From Pasteurellaceae bacterium RH1A (GTDB lineage Bacteria > Pseudomonadota > Gammaproteobacteria > Enterobacterales > Pasteurellaceae), in assembly GCA_012221805.1 (NCBI GenBank), contig CP015195.1, positions 883,771 through 915,770 on the forward strand: a stretch of 32,000 bases of DNA, written 5' to 3'. A model generated the notes under the pieces. It searched no databases and had not been told where the DNA came from. It worked only from the letters and a program-made list of their open reading frames with translations. This document shows, one piece after another, positions 1 to 7,691 of the stretch (the first letter of the stretch is position 1; every line of letters starts with the position of its first letter). The translations under genes and the position numbers were made by a program.

Positions 1-40
1 TCCTATGTTGGGAAGAGAAAAATGTCAATTTTTCTTGCCC

Positions 41-103
41 CCTCGCTGGTGCCTTATATATCAACAAGTTACCAACACCAGCCTAGAGGCTGGCCCTATT
101 CTT
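41..103 (+). repeat. 63-bp direct repeat, copy A (upstream of yeeE). It contains two mutually exclusive hairpins: GCTGGTG...CACCAGC and CCAGCC-TAGA-GGCTGG.
   Basis: Hand alignment to 1619..1681 at a constant offset of 1578 bp gives 58/63 identical. The core 41..94 has only 2 mismatches, and both fall in the predicted loops. Confidence 0.8.
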
Positions 104-145
104 AGCTTGAGTAAGCTCACCAATCTTTCGAGCAATTTCTGATTT

Positions 146-161
146 TGTGATCCCGATCACA
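146..161. promoter_or_regulatory. Candidate CRP (cAMP receptor protein) binding site, TGTGA-TCCCGA-TCACA
   Basis: Perfect match to both half-sites of the TGTGA-N6-TCACA consensus, about 190 bp upstream of the yeeE start. Confidence 0.55.
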
Positions 162-347
162 GACCTTTTTTACCAAATATGCTTTAATAAACCTTAGAAC
201 ATCAGTATTAAGGTTTAATCTATGTTATCTCAACAACACGTCTTTTTCTTCCCAAACCCTAATATTCCATCCTCGCTAAATGGCTTAATGTAGCAATACA
301 GTAAGTTGATGTTATTTTTGTCCCATTTACTTAATTTAGGAGTTCCT

Positions 348-1361
348 ATGATCTTAGGGTTATTTTGCGGCATCTTATTGGGCTTTGTAATGCAACGTGG
401 CCGTTTTTGCATTACAGGCGCTTTCCGAGATATGTATCTGACCAAAAGCAGCAAAATGTTTGTTGCCTTTTTAATTGTTATTTGCGTACAAACAGTTGGC
501 CTACTTTCTTTGCAAGAAATGCGCATACTGGCCCCTAAAGTGAAAAATTTTGCTTGGCTGGCCACCCTCATCGGTGCCTTTATTTTTGGTGTGGGGATTG
601 TTTTAGCGGGTGGCTGCTCAGCGGGTAGTCTATATCGTGCGGGTGAGGGCCTGATTGGTAGTTGGATTGCCTTTGTAGTTTATGCCATTTTTAGTGCCCT
701 TTTCCGTGTTGGCCCCTTAAAAGAGGTAACCAATTCACTACGAGGAATTCAAGTCGAGCAAACCACCCTATATGGAAGCCTAGGGCTTTCCCCTTGGGTG
801 CTTGCTGGAATCTTGGTGCTTGTCACCTCATATTTGGTCTATCGATTTAATCAAAAATCAGGCAAGCCCATCAGCCTTCCAGCCAAGAAGACAGGACTGG
901 CCCACCTCCTCTTTGAAAAACGCTGGCATCCTTTTATAACCGCCCTTTTGATTGGCCTGATTGCAATTTTAGCTTGGGTAACCAGTGTACAAACTGGACG
1001 AAATGGCGGCTTGGGGGTAACAGGCCCATCAGTCCAGGCTCTGCAATATATCACAACAGGTGAAAGCAAATTCGTCAATTGGGGAACCTTACTGATTTTA
1101 GGGATCTTTATCGGCGGTTTTATTGCGGCTAAATTCAGTAATGAATTCCGCTTGCGTGTTCCCACGGCCAAAGATGCCATCAACAGTGTCTATGGTGGTG
1201 CCCTGATGGGAGTAGGTGCAAGCCTAGCAGGTGGTTGCTCCATTGGCAATGGTTTAGTTGAAACCTCTCTTTTTTCTTGGCAGGGCTGGGTGGCCTTGCC
1301 GCTGATGATCCTGGGCACCTGGGTGACAGCATATTTTCTTTTTATTCGTTCAACCAACTAA
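348..1361 (+). CDS. yeeE: YeeE/YedE family inner-membrane sulfur-compound (thiosulfate) transporter
   Basis: Polytopic membrane protein with the paired GGCSxG motifs typical of the family (GGCSAGSLYRAGEG and GGCSIGNGL). It is followed by a TusA-like gene, as in yeeE-yeeD. I moved the start from the track's 306 to the ATG at 348, which has a TAGGAG Shine-Dalgarno about 6 nt upstream. Confidence 0.85.
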   Translation: MILGLFCGILLGFVMQRGRFCITGAFRDMYLTKSSKMFVAFLIVICVQTVGLLSLQEMRILAPKVKNFAWLATLIGAFIFGVGIVLAGGCSAGSLYRAGEGLIGSWIAFVVYAIFSALFRVGPLKEVTNSLRGIQVEQTTLYGSLGLSPWVLAGILVLVTSYLVYRFNQKSGKPISLPAKKTGLAHLLFEKRWHPFITALLIGLIAILAWVTSVQTGRNGGLGVTGPSVQALQYITTGESKFVNWGTLLILGIFIGGFIAAKFSNEFRLRVPTAKDAINSVYGGALMGVGASLAGGCSIGNGLVETSLFSWQGWVALPLMILGTWVTAYFLFIRSTN

Positions 1362-1370
1362 GGAGTACTT

Positions 1371-1592
1371 ATGCACATTGAATTAGATACTGTCGGGCAC
1401 CTCTGTCCCTTCCCCCTTGTTGAGGGCAAAAAAGCAATGGCCAAGCTCAATAAGGGCGACTCGCTAACCATCCACTTTGACTGCGCTCAAGCAACCGAAA
1501 ATTTGCCGAACTGGGCGGCTGAAGAGAACTATCAGGTCAGCCACTTTGAGCAAACGGGTGAAGCCCAGTGGACAATTACTCTGATTAAGTAA
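1371..1592 (+). CDS. yeeD: TusA-like sulfurtransferase (YeeD family)
   Basis: 73 aa with the N-terminal CPFP (C-P-x-P) active-site motif. It starts 9 nt after yeeE and has an AGGAG RBS. Confidence 0.85.
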   Translation: MHIELDTVGHLCPFPLVEGKKAMAKLNKGDSLTIHFDCAQATENLPNWAAEENYQVSHFEQTGEAQWTITLIK

Positions 1593-1618
1593 GCTAGGAC
1601 ACACTGATGGCGCCAGCG

Positions 1619-1681
1619 TCCTCGCTGGTGCCTTATATATCAACAAGTTACCAGCACCAGCCTGGAGGCTGGCGCTATCTT
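1619..1681 (+). repeat. 63-bp direct repeat, copy B (downstream of yeeD)
   Basis: See copy A. The same hairpin arms are conserved. Confidence 0.8.
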
Positions 1682-1684
1682 TGC

Positions 1685-1719
1685 CAAAAAAGGCCTCGTT
1701 ATCACGAGGCCTTTCTTTT
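1685..1719. terminator. Bidirectional rho-independent terminator between yeeD and the purine permease
   Basis: AAAAAAGGCCTCG-TTATCA-CGAGGCCTTTCTTTTC: an 8-bp GC-rich stem flanked by an A-run and a T-run. Confidence 0.8.
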
Positions 1720-1723
1720 CTCT

Positions 1724-3019
1724 CTATCCCACCCAAACAAACTTGGCGATAAAGAGCAGGGAAACCACTGCAACGGGGGCGTTGATTTCCTTCCAACGGC
1801 CGGTGCAGAGCTTCATCACACAGTAGCTAATAAAACCAAAGGCGATGCCCTCTGTAATAGAATAGGTGAAGGGCATCATGGCCGTGGTGATAAAGGCGGG
1901 CGTGGCTTCGGTTAAATCGTCCCATTTGACCTCAATCAGGCTGGAGGCCATAAGAATACCCACGAAGACCAAGGCACCTGCTGTGGCATAAGGAGGCACA
2001 ACCGCAGCCAGGGGCGAGAAGAAGATGGTCAATAAGAAGAGCAAGCCAACAACAACCGCCGTTAAACCTGTGCGGCCACCCACAGACACGCCAGAGCCAC
2101 TTTCAATATAGGTTGAAATGGCCGAGGTGCCCATGTAAGAACCGGCCATGGCGCTGACACTGTCCACATAAAGGGCCTGTTTCATTTTAGGGAAGCGGCC
2201 TTTTTCATCGGTAATGCCGGCCTTGTCGGTCACGGCCAAAAGGGTGCCTGAGGAGTCAAAGAGATTGACCAACATAAAGGAGAAGATAATCCCTAGAAGT
2301 GCGGTATCCAGTGCGCCGGCCACATCCACCTGGCCAACCACGGCCTCTAGGCTTGGCGGGGCAGAAATCACGCCCGTGAATTTGACATCAGGGTCGAAAA
2401 CCAAGGCCAGGCCTGTCACCACCACGATAGAAATCAAGACGCCTGAGTGGAAGCCCTTGGCAGCCAAGGCTACGATGATAAAGAAGCCTAAGATCCCCAT
2501 CAGGACTTTGGGATCGTGCAGTTCGCCCAAGGTCACCAGTGTTTCAGGGTTAGCCACCACCAGCCCCATATTCTTAAAGCCAATTAAGGCAATAAAGAGG
2601 CCGATACCCGCCCCGATGCCCACTCGCAGGCCTAGCGGAATGGAGGACATAAGCCAGTAACGCACTTGGAAGAGGGTAAAGAGGAAGAGGCCAACCGACT
2701 CCCAGAAAATGGCGCCCATACCGACCTGCCAGGAGTAGCCCAATTTTTGCACCACCACAAAGGCAAAGAAGGCGTTCAGCCCCATGGCAGGGGCAAGGGC
2801 AATGGGCAGGTTACTGAAAAGCCCCATGGCGATGGTGCCAAAGGCGGCAATTAAACAGGTGGTCACAAAGACCACTTGGGTGTCCATGCCAGCCACGCCT
2901 AGAATAGACGGGTTCACGAAGACGATATAGACCATGGTAAAGAAGGTGGTAATGCCTGCCACAATTTCTGTTTTGACATTAGAACCCTTGGCCTTGAGTT
3001 GGAAGAGTTTTTCTAACAT
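1724..3019 (-). CDS. NCS2/AzgA-family purine (adenine/guanine/hypoxanthine) permease
   Basis: 431 aa, polytopic. The N-terminus MLEKLFQLKAKGSNVKTEIVAGITTFFTMVYIVFVNPSILG is characteristic of PurP/GhxP/AdeQ-type permeases. Confidence 0.85.
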   Translation of the reverse strand: MLEKLFQLKAKGSNVKTEIVAGITTFFTMVYIVFVNPSILGVAGMDTQVVFVTTCLIAAFGTIAMGLFSNLPIALAPAMGLNAFFAFVVVQKLGYSWQVGMGAIFWESVGLFLFTLFQVRYWLMSSIPLGLRVGIGAGIGLFIALIGFKNMGLVVANPETLVTLGELHDPKVLMGILGFFIIVALAAKGFHSGVLISIVVVTGLALVFDPDVKFTGVISAPPSLEAVVGQVDVAGALDTALLGIIFSFMLVNLFDSSGTLLAVTDKAGITDEKGRFPKMKQALYVDSVSAMAGSYMGTSAISTYIESGSGVSVGGRTGLTAVVVGLLFLLTIFFSPLAAVVPPYATAGALVFVGILMASSLIEVKWDDLTEATPAFITTAMMPFTYSITEGIAFGFISYCVMKLCTGRWKEINAPVAVVSLLFIAKFVWVG

Positions 3020-3050
3020 AGTTTGTCCTTTAAAGAAGGGAGAGGAGAAC

Positions 3051-3079
3051 GGAAAAAAGACCGCTCAACAAGCGGTCTT
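3051..3079 (-). terminator. zipA rho-independent terminator built around a USS
   Basis: The minus strand reads AAGACCGCT-TGTTG-AGCGGTCTT followed by TTTTTT. The stem arm contains ACAAGCGGTC. Confidence 0.8.
3068..3077 (+). other. Apl-type DNA uptake signal sequence core (ACAAGCGGTC)
   Basis: Exact 10-mer. Further exact copies lie on the minus strand at 18113..18122 and 23805..23814, with one-mismatch variants at 16904..16913 and 25146..25155. Confidence 0.7.
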
Positions 3080-3100
3080 AAGACTTAAATTTCTTGCAAG

Positions 3101-3919
3101 TTAGACCCGTTGCATATAGGCAAGACGGGCATTGTCGTCAAAGAGCTGGCGGTTTTCATCTAAGACAAAGCCGCCCAGATTTTGAGCCAGGTTTTCCACG
3201 GTGTTGATCATAAGCCGCAGATTGGCCTGATCGTTGCCAGAAGACGGCACATTCATAAAGAAGACCAAGCCCACCGTGCTAAAGCGGTGCAGGGTGTTGA
3301 GATCGAAAATCCCTGGCTGGAGCATATTGGCCACACTAAAAATGACTGGGCTGGCCGCGGTGTCAATATGGCGGTGGAAGATTTGGTATTCGGTGTCGTA
3401 TTGGAAGCCCATGGCCTCAAGCTGGGCCACCACCACTTCGCCTGAGAAGGCCTGGTTTTCAGGGGCCACCATATAAAGCATAAGGGTTTGATTTGCAAGA
3501 TTTGGCTCATTTTCCACCGCTTGCATAGGTACTTCAGGCTCTAAATGCACCTCTGGCGCCACCACAGCTTCAGGCTTGGCCAGGCTGGAATAAACCTGCT
3601 CCACCACCTGCGGCTCAGGCACGGGGGCATTTTCTTGGCCAGGCAGGCGGATGGTGATGCCCTTGGCAGCCTGCTCAATTTCTTGGGCGATTTGGGCCTC
3701 GGTCAAATCCGTTTGGGCGGGCTGGCTTGGAGCGTAGTCTGGGCCTTGGGCGAATTCAGGCACACTGCCTGGGTTGCCTTGCTCGGTTTGCAGGCCACGG
3801 GTGGCAAAGCTGTTGGAAAAGACGCGGGATTTCTCACGGCGGGCCGACCAAATGGAATAGCCAACCAGCACCGCAATCAAAAGTCCTGCTAAAATAAAGA
3901 AAAGAATATGGAGTTCCAT
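3101..3919 (-). CDS. zipA: Cell division protein ZipA
   Basis: N-terminal TM anchor (MELHILFFILAGLLIAVLVGYSIW), a P/Q/E-rich linker and a C-terminal FtsZ-binding-type domain. It is divergent from cysZ, as in enterobacterial and Pasteurellaceae synteny. Confidence 0.9.
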   Translation of the reverse strand: MELHILFFILAGLLIAVLVGYSIWSARREKSRVFSNSFATRGLQTEQGNPGSVPEFAQGPDYAPSQPAQTDLTEAQIAQEIEQAAKGITIRLPGQENAPVPEPQVVEQVYSSLAKPEAVVAPEVHLEPEVPMQAVENEPNLANQTLMLYMVAPENQAFSGEVVVAQLEAMGFQYDTEYQIFHRHIDTAASPVIFSVANMLQPGIFDLNTLHRFSTVGLVFFMNVPSSGNDQANLRLMINTVENLAQNLGGFVLDENRQLFDDNARLAYMQRV

Positions 3920-4015
3920 GTTATCCTCTTAGCCTCAAGTGATTTTGTACTTTGCGAAAATGTCACATTAGCTTACCATATTTATTCATTTTTTTGAGCA
4001 GAAAAAGGAAAAGTT

Positions 4016-4861
4016 ATGACTTCACCCTTTGATTCCCCGCAAAATCCCCTTGCAGCGGGCTTTCACTATTTTATTTACGGCTGGAAGCTGATGATGCAGC
4101 GTTCCCTCCTGCCCTTTATTGTCCTGCCCATTCTCATTAACGTGGTGCTGATTGTGGGCTTAATTTGGCTCTTTTTGTCTTATTTATCGGGCTGGATGGA
4201 TGTCTTGGTCAGCTTTACCCCAAGCTGGCTAGACTGGTTGAGCTACCTGATTATTCCCCTGGCGCTCTTGCTCCTCCTGGTGCTGTTTTACTTTGCCTTT
4301 ACCACCCTGGCCAACTTTATCGCCGCCCCCTTTAACGCCCTCTTATCAGAAAAGGTGGAGCTGCAATTAACGGGCGAAAGCTTGGGCGACACCTCCATCG
4401 CTGCCATGCTCAAGGACGTGCCTAGAATGCTCAAGCGGGAATGGCAAAAGATGTGGTACAGCATTCCCCGCCTGATTGCCCTCTTTCTCCTGGGCTTTGT
4501 GCCGGTGCTGGGCCAGAGTGTTGTGCCCGTCTTGGCCTTTATGTTTAGTGCCTGGCTGGTGGCCATTCAGTATTGTGACTACCCTTTTGATAACCACAAG
4601 ATCAGCTTTGGCCGTATGCGTAATGCCTTAGCCGAAAAACGCACCCTGAACTTTACCTTTGGATCCTTGGTCAGCCTCTTTACCATGCTGCCCTTTGTCA
4701 ATTTGGTGGTGATGCCGGTGGCCGTATGTGGGGCAACGGCCATGTGGGTCAAAGAGTATCGCCATCGCTTTGTGGGCCAAGATTTGAAGCCAACTTTTAG
4801 TCGTTCGGCCTCTAAGGAAGTGGCTACCCGCAGTGCTTCTAAAGATCTGACCAAGCCATGA
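4016..4861 (+). CDS. cysZ: Sulfate transporter CysZ
   Basis: Collinear with my recollection of E. coli CysZ (GWKL..., AAPFNxLLSEK, KDVPRMLKREWQK, AIQYCDYPFDNHK, MPVAVCGATAMWV). Confidence 0.9.
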   Translation: MTSPFDSPQNPLAAGFHYFIYGWKLMMQRSLLPFIVLPILINVVLIVGLIWLFLSYLSGWMDVLVSFTPSWLDWLSYLIIPLALLLLLVLFYFAFTTLANFIAAPFNALLSEKVELQLTGESLGDTSIAAMLKDVPRMLKREWQKMWYSIPRLIALFLLGFVPVLGQSVVPVLAFMFSAWLVAIQYCDYPFDNHKISFGRMRNALAEKRTLNFTFGSLVSLFTMLPFVNLVVMPVAVCGATAMWVKEYRHRFVGQDLKPTFSRSASKEVATRSASKDLTKP

Positions 4862-4925
4862 TAAAACTATTCCGCAAAGTGCCGAATTAGGCTAGACTAG
4901 CCAACCAACATAAAGAGGTGATAAT

Positions 4926-6398
4926 TTGAAAGGTCTTGCCATTCGGCTTATTTTAGGTATTGCGCTCCTGCTCTGGGCCTGGGATATGGTTTACCCCTGG
5001 CAGAAGATCATGCAACGTGAAGATAATCAGTACTCCCGTGTCCTGCAAGAAAAGCAGCTCACGGTGGGCATGATCAACCATCCCCTGTCCTATTTTGTCG
5101 GGCGGGAAGGCAACGCTGGCATTGAATACGAGCTGGCCAGTGCCTTTGCCGATTACTTGGGCGTGAGCCTGGCGGTCAAAACCTATGATCACAGCGAACA
5201 GCTCTTTGACGCCCTGCGCAATAACGACATAGACCTGGCCGCCGCTGGCCTGGTTTATCAGCCCCAACACAGCCAAGAATTCCAACTGGGGGCCAGCTAC
5301 TACAGCAGCCAGCTCCAAGTGGTTTATCAAAAAGGCACTCAACGGCCCTATCAGGTCAGTGAGCTGATGGACGAGCTGCTTGTGCCAACAGGGGCCAATA
5401 TTGTCCCCCTGCTGGAAGCCCTGCAAAAAACACAACCCAACCTCAAATGGCAGACCAGCGATAAATTCACCCAAGAAGAGCTGCTTATTCAGGTGGCTGA
5501 GGGCAAGATCCCCTACACAGCGGCCCTGTCTGTGGATGTGCGGGCGGCCCAGCATATCAACCCTAACCTGGCCGTGGCCTTTGACTTAACCGACAAGCTG
5601 CCTGTTTTATGGTACTTGCCCAACAGTTCCTACAGTGAACTCCAGGCTGCCCTTTTAGGTTTTATGGACGAGGCCCAAAAAAGCAGCCTCATTGCCCGCA
5701 TTGAGGAAAAATACTTCAACCACCTAGATAATTTCAACTATGTGGACATTCAGAGCTTCCACCGTGCCATTGAAAACACCCTACCCAAATACCAGCCCCT
5801 CTTTGAAAAATACAAGGGCAGCCTAGACTGGCAGACCCTGGCCGCCATCGCCTACCAAGAATCCCACTGGAACCCCAATGCGGTTTCACCAACAGGCGTG
5901 CGGGGCATGATGATGCTAACCCGAGATACGGCCGAACGGATGAACGTAACCAATCGAACTGACCCAGAACAAAGCGTCAAGGCCGGTTCAGACTATCTCC
6001 ATCTCCTTATCAGCCAGCTGCCCACCACCATTGCAGATGAAGACAAGATCTGGTTTGCACTTGCCGCCTACAACATGGGCATGGGCCATCTCATCGACAT
6101 CCGCCGCCTGACCAAGGACTTGGGCGGCAACCCTGATGACTGGTTGGAGGTGAAGAAAAACCTCCCTCTTTTGGCGGAAAAACGTTATTATCAAAGGCTC
6201 AAATATGGCTACGCCCGAGGCTTTGAGGCCTTTCAATATGTGGAAAACATCCGCCGCTACCTCAACAGCCTCTTAAATTACCAACGGGTCAAGGCACAGG
6301 CTAACACCCTTGAGCAGGAAGAACTGACGAAACAAGAAAGCCAGCCCCAAGACGAGGCCACCTTGCCCCAAACCCCCACAACAGGAGCAGAACAATGA
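4926..6398 (+). CDS. mltF: Membrane-bound lytic murein transglycosylase F
   Basis: N-terminal solute-binding-like domain plus a C-terminal SLT domain with AYQESHWNP and GVRGMMMLT motifs. TTG start preceded by AGAGG. Confidence 0.88.
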   Translation: MKGLAIRLILGIALLLWAWDMVYPWQKIMQREDNQYSRVLQEKQLTVGMINHPLSYFVGREGNAGIEYELASAFADYLGVSLAVKTYDHSEQLFDALRNNDIDLAAAGLVYQPQHSQEFQLGASYYSSQLQVVYQKGTQRPYQVSELMDELLVPTGANIVPLLEALQKTQPNLKWQTSDKFTQEELLIQVAEGKIPYTAALSVDVRAAQHINPNLAVAFDLTDKLPVLWYLPNSSYSELQAALLGFMDEAQKSSLIARIEEKYFNHLDNFNYVDIQSFHRAIENTLPKYQPLFEKYKGSLDWQTLAAIAYQESHWNPNAVSPTGVRGMMMLTRDTAERMNVTNRTDPEQSVKAGSDYLHLLISQLPTTIADEDKIWFALAAYNMGMGHLIDIRRLTKDLGGNPDDWLEVKKNLPLLAEKRYYQRLKYGYARGFEAFQYVENIRRYLNSLLNYQRVKAQANTLEQEELTKQESQPQDEATLPQTPTTGAEQ

Positions 6399-6538
6399 AA
6401 AAGAAAACCTTTCTAAAACGCCGTGTACAACGCCTACGCAGCACCAACCGCCACCACCGAATCCTACAAATTCGGGCGAGAAAGCACACCATTGCCCAAC
6501 GCCAGCGGGTGGGGTTTATGATCAGGAATGATGTGTAG
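6395..6538 (+). CDS. Hypothetical 47-aa Arg/Lys-rich micro-protein, translationally coupled to mltF
   Basis: Its ATG overlaps the mltF stop (ATGA). The peptide is [47 protein letters not shown]. It is below the ORF-track size cutoff and I recognised no homologue. Confidence 0.3.
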   Translation: MKKKTFLKRRVQRLRSTNRHHRILQIRARKHTIAQRQRVGFMIRNDV

Positions 6539-6550
6539 GATATATAAAAA

Positions 6551-7639
6551 GGCATATAGGACAAAATAGTTGGTAAAAAGTGGCTTAAAGCCTTATAGTA
6601 CAAGGCTTTAAGCCCTCTTTTTGAAATATGCACAAAAAACTGTCCTTTCTGCCAACATTCCCCAATCCAGAAGTATGGCAAACAAAATAATTTACAGCGT
6701 TATAAATGTCTTAGCTGTAATAAAACATTTACGTTTAAAAATAAATTAGATCCTGAAAGAATTTGGCTTGATTATTCATCTGGAAAACAAACACAAGCAC
6801 AGCTAGCAGAAAAATACTCCTGCTCTTCTCGAACTATTCGAAGATATTTAGAGAAACACCCTAAATCCTCCTTAAATAAACCTCAAAACACATACTTGAA
6901 CTTAATTATTGATACAACATTCTTTCACCGGGATTTTGGTGTAATGGTGTTTGTTGATAGCTCTACAAAAAAGTAATTTATCACCAAATAGTCAAAACAG
7001 AAAAAGATATCTATTACAAGAAAGCGATGAACTGCTTAAGGGAAAGAAACTATATTATTCAATCAGTTACCTGTGATGGACGCAGAGGTCTATTAAAAGA
7101 CTTATTCAATACACCAACACAGATGTGTCAGTTTCATCTTGTCGCAATCGTAATGAGGGCATTGCGAAAGAAGCACCAATCACATGCGGGAAGAGAACTA
7201 AAAAGTATTATTAAGACACTTAAAACCAGCTCTAAAAATGAATTTTATTTAAAAATATATGAATGGAAGAAAAAACATCAATCATTTTTAAATGAACGGT
7301 CAGATAAACCAAATGACAAAGGGAAATACCCTTATAAACATCGAAGTGTAAGAAGTGCTGCTGCGAGTATTAAGCGTTATTATGATTATATTTTTACCTA
7401 TGAGAAACATCCTGAGTTAAATATTGAAAAGACAACAAATAGGATTGAGGGTTTATTTAAGGAGTTAAAAGACAAATTACGCCCGCACAGCGGTTTAACA
7501 AGAAAGCATAAGATCTTGTTTATACAGGATTTTTTGAATAAAAAGAGCTGGTAAAGATCCTTTAAAATAATCCTTACCAACTTTTTTGTCCTATAGAAGC
7601 ATAAAGTGCAAAAAGACCAACTATTTTGTCCTATATGCC
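6551..7639 (+). mobile_element. IS element copy 1, 1089 bp, zinc-ribbon + DDE transposase (IS1595/IS1-like organisation)
   Basis: Perfect 24-bp terminal IRs: GGCATATAGGACAAAATAGTTGGT at 6551..6574 and its reverse complement at 7616..7639. The 8-bp target duplication TATAAAAA is at 6543..6550 and 7640..7647. An internal terminator-like hairpin at 6582..6622 lies upstream of the tnp ATG. Confidence 0.9.
6628..7554 (+). pseudogene. Transposase of IS copy 1, split over three reading frames
   Basis: The ATG at 6628 is +1 out of frame with the CPFC...RYKCLSCNKTF zinc ribbon, which starts at 6641. That frame stops at TAA 6974..6976, immediately after the heptamer A_AAA_AAG. The DDE part (ITCDGRRG, TNRIEGLFKELK) continues in the -1 frame to 7554. 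Confidence 0.75.
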
Positions 7640-7642
7640 TAT

Positions 7643-7679
7643 AAAAAAGAAGGGTAGATTGAACCAACCTGCCCTTCTT
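7643..7679 (-). terminator. tbpA rho-independent terminator
   Basis: The minus strand has an 11-bp stem (AAGAAGGGCAG.../...CTACCCTTCTT, one G-T pair) followed by a T-run. The T-run is the IS copy 1 target site. Confidence 0.7.
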
Positions 7680-7691
7680 AGCATTATGAAG

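Noticed and set aside
189-216. Hairpin AAACCTTA-N12-TAAGGTTT in the yeeE leader as a riboswitch or attenuator
   Set aside because: It is an AT-rich 8-bp stem with no T-run, no alternative pairing and no recognisable riboswitch consensus. That is not enough to make a call.
1607-1915. Track ORF 1607..1915 (+), whose N-terminus (SLVPYISTSYQHQP.GW.Y) also appears when positions 1..105 are translated
   Set aside because: The shared peptide is just the translation of the 63-bp DNA repeat. The rest of the ORF is antisense to the well-supported purine permease gene and crosses a terminator.
2214-2660. Numerous 60-200 aa ORFs antisense to or overlapping long genes (e.g. 2214..2660, 3545..3892, 4953..5555, 17040..17426, 17505..17921, 19643..20071, 24571..24918, 28851..29141)
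   Set aside because: All lie inside confidently assigned genes on the opposite strand or in another frame. They have Arg/Pro/Gly-rich shadow composition and lack RBSs.
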